Under the pieces are notes generated by a model. It worked only from the letters and a program-made list of their open reading frames with translations, did no database searches and had not been told where the DNA came from. A stretch of 64,000 nt of DNA, from NCBI GenBank assembly GCA_003142295.1, contig PLLV01000101.1, positions 9,781-73,780 on the forward strand, written 5' to 3'. The DNA comes from Syntrophaceae bacterium. Its GTDB lineage: Bacteria; Desulfobacterota; Syntrophia; Syntrophales; UBA2185. The translations under genes were made by a program, and so were the position numbers. The number at the start of each line of letters is the position of its first letter. Position 1 is the first letter of the stretch. Below are positions 63,340-64,000 of the stretch, one piece after another.

Positions 63340-64000
63340 TTATGCGCAGGAACAAATCAATGATGCATAGTTTACGGCGCTCTCTGTCTCGCGTTCATGG
63401 TACGTATCAAAGTGAAGGATGTCTGCATGGTTTTCTTTAAGGAGGCTGGCGAAAAGCAGGATGGCAGGAAGACCGCAAACATGGTATCTGTCCTGGGTTT
63501 CAAGGGCCTCCCGGAAAATGTTTTCCGGTTCTCCGCGGCTAAGGAAAGAAAGTATCATTTTATCATGCGCTATCGCCTGGGGAAGAAGGGCGTCCGCGGG
63601 CGCCTGATCACCGAATTTCCGTCCCACATGGGAAAGGTCGACGCCTGCCACAAGAAGTATGCGCCCCTTTCCTTCTTCCAGCAAATCCTTCATCACGGAC
63701 ACCATTTCCCGGAACCTCTCATCAGTCATTATATCCCTGCCATGGTGGATGAACTCGTCGATCCCCCCACACAGAATGGGCACTATGGTAAAGGGGTCCT
63801 TCAGGTAGTGGTGCAGGAAAATGGTTTGAAACTCGATGGAATGTTCCGTCATGTGGCCGAAATCATCGGGTGCGAATGTTCCTCCAGGCACCCTCTTCTT
63901 TAATTCTCTGATAAATTTTTTGTCTGTTTTAATTTCCCCGAAAGGAGTTACGTAATTTTTTTCAGAGATACAATAAAGCCCTTCCTGCGCATGATGATTG
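63340..64000 (-). CDS. Memo-like protein (AmmeMemoRadiSam system protein B), 5' end beyond the window
   Basis: Contains HMTEHSIEFQTIFL, LVAGVDLSHVG and HVCGLPAI. The frame stays open upstream of the track start (…NHHAQEGLYCISEKNYVTPFGEIKTDKKFIRELKKRVPGG…) to position 64000. Confidence 0.8.
   Translation of the reverse strand, partial: NHHAQEGLYCISEKNYVTPFGEIKTDKKFIRELKKRVPGGTFAPDDFGHMTEHSIEFQTIFLHHYLKDPFTIVPILCGGIDEFIHHGRDIMTDERFREMVSVMKDLLEEGKGRILLVAGVDLSHVGRKFGDQAPADALLPQAIAHDKMILSFLSRGEPENIFREALETQDRYHVCGLPAILLFASLLKENHADILHFDTYHERETESAVNYASLICSCA

Noticed and set aside
1-64000. A scan for tRNA and rRNA genes, CRISPR repeat arrays, IS elements, integrases or phage genes.
   Set aside because: I found no T-loop (GTTCGAATC-type) motifs, no regularly spaced short repeats, and no transposase, integrase or phage-like translations in the ORF track. 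The window appears to lack mobile elements.

Overview
This 64-kb chromosomal window holds about 60 genes, mostly core functions. I recognised no rRNA, tRNA, CRISPR array, transposase or integrase. My impression from the protein sequences is an anaerobic Desulfobacterota or Syntrophales-like organism; I cannot verify that here.

Layout:
- 1..1053: 5' part of a radical SAM gene that runs off the window.
- 1.2-18.5 kb, minus strand: a complete dcw cell-division/cell-wall cluster (mraZ-rsmH-ftsL-ftsI-murE-murF-mraY-murD-ftsW-murG-murC-murB-ftsQ-ftsA-ftsZ). There is no ddl.
- 18.5-20 kb: mltG and ruvX.
- 20.4-23.3 kb: selB and a YhaM-like OB/HD nuclease.
- 23.3-26.2 kb: a CDF transporter, a baeRF-like (eRF1-fold) protein and a degenerate stand-alone GGDEF protein.
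- 26.8-29.4 kb: the EF-P beta-lysylation operon epmB-efp-epmA.
- 29.6-34.6 kb: Tol-Pal (tolQRAB-pal-cpoB).
- 34.6-39.5 kb: an envelope operon (ctpA, YibQ-like deacetylase, TPR lipoprotein, DUF4292/LolB-like lipoprotein).
- 39.9-43.1 kb: bactofilin plus a membrane partner, and a REC-GAF-HD-GYP regulator with a small overlapping ORF.
- 43.1-46.8 kb: a decayed signalling/motility region. It holds truncated REC domains, a degenerate kinase core, motA 3' and motB 5' remnants, an MBL-fold hydrolase and a 0.8-kb unassigned segment.
- 46.8-62.5 kb: the most interesting block. It consists of a 4xPAS-LuxR regulator with an internal PAS duplication, an unknown Trp/His-rich polytopic membrane protein, a two-subunit CoA-transferase, two acyl-CoA dehydrogenases, a thiolase, a 3-hydroxyacyl-CoA dehydrogenase, an enoyl-CoA hydratase, and a B12-dependent acyl-CoA mutase with a separate B12 subunit and a MeaB-type chaperone. 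The mutase pocket residues are isobutyryl-CoA-mutase-like (Phe/Gln), not methylmalonyl-CoA-mutase-like, and sit in an atypical motif.
- 62.7-64 kb: a DUF4124-like protein and a Memo-like (AmmeMemoRadiSam B) gene that runs off the window end.

All assignments come from reading the translations. No database search was possible.
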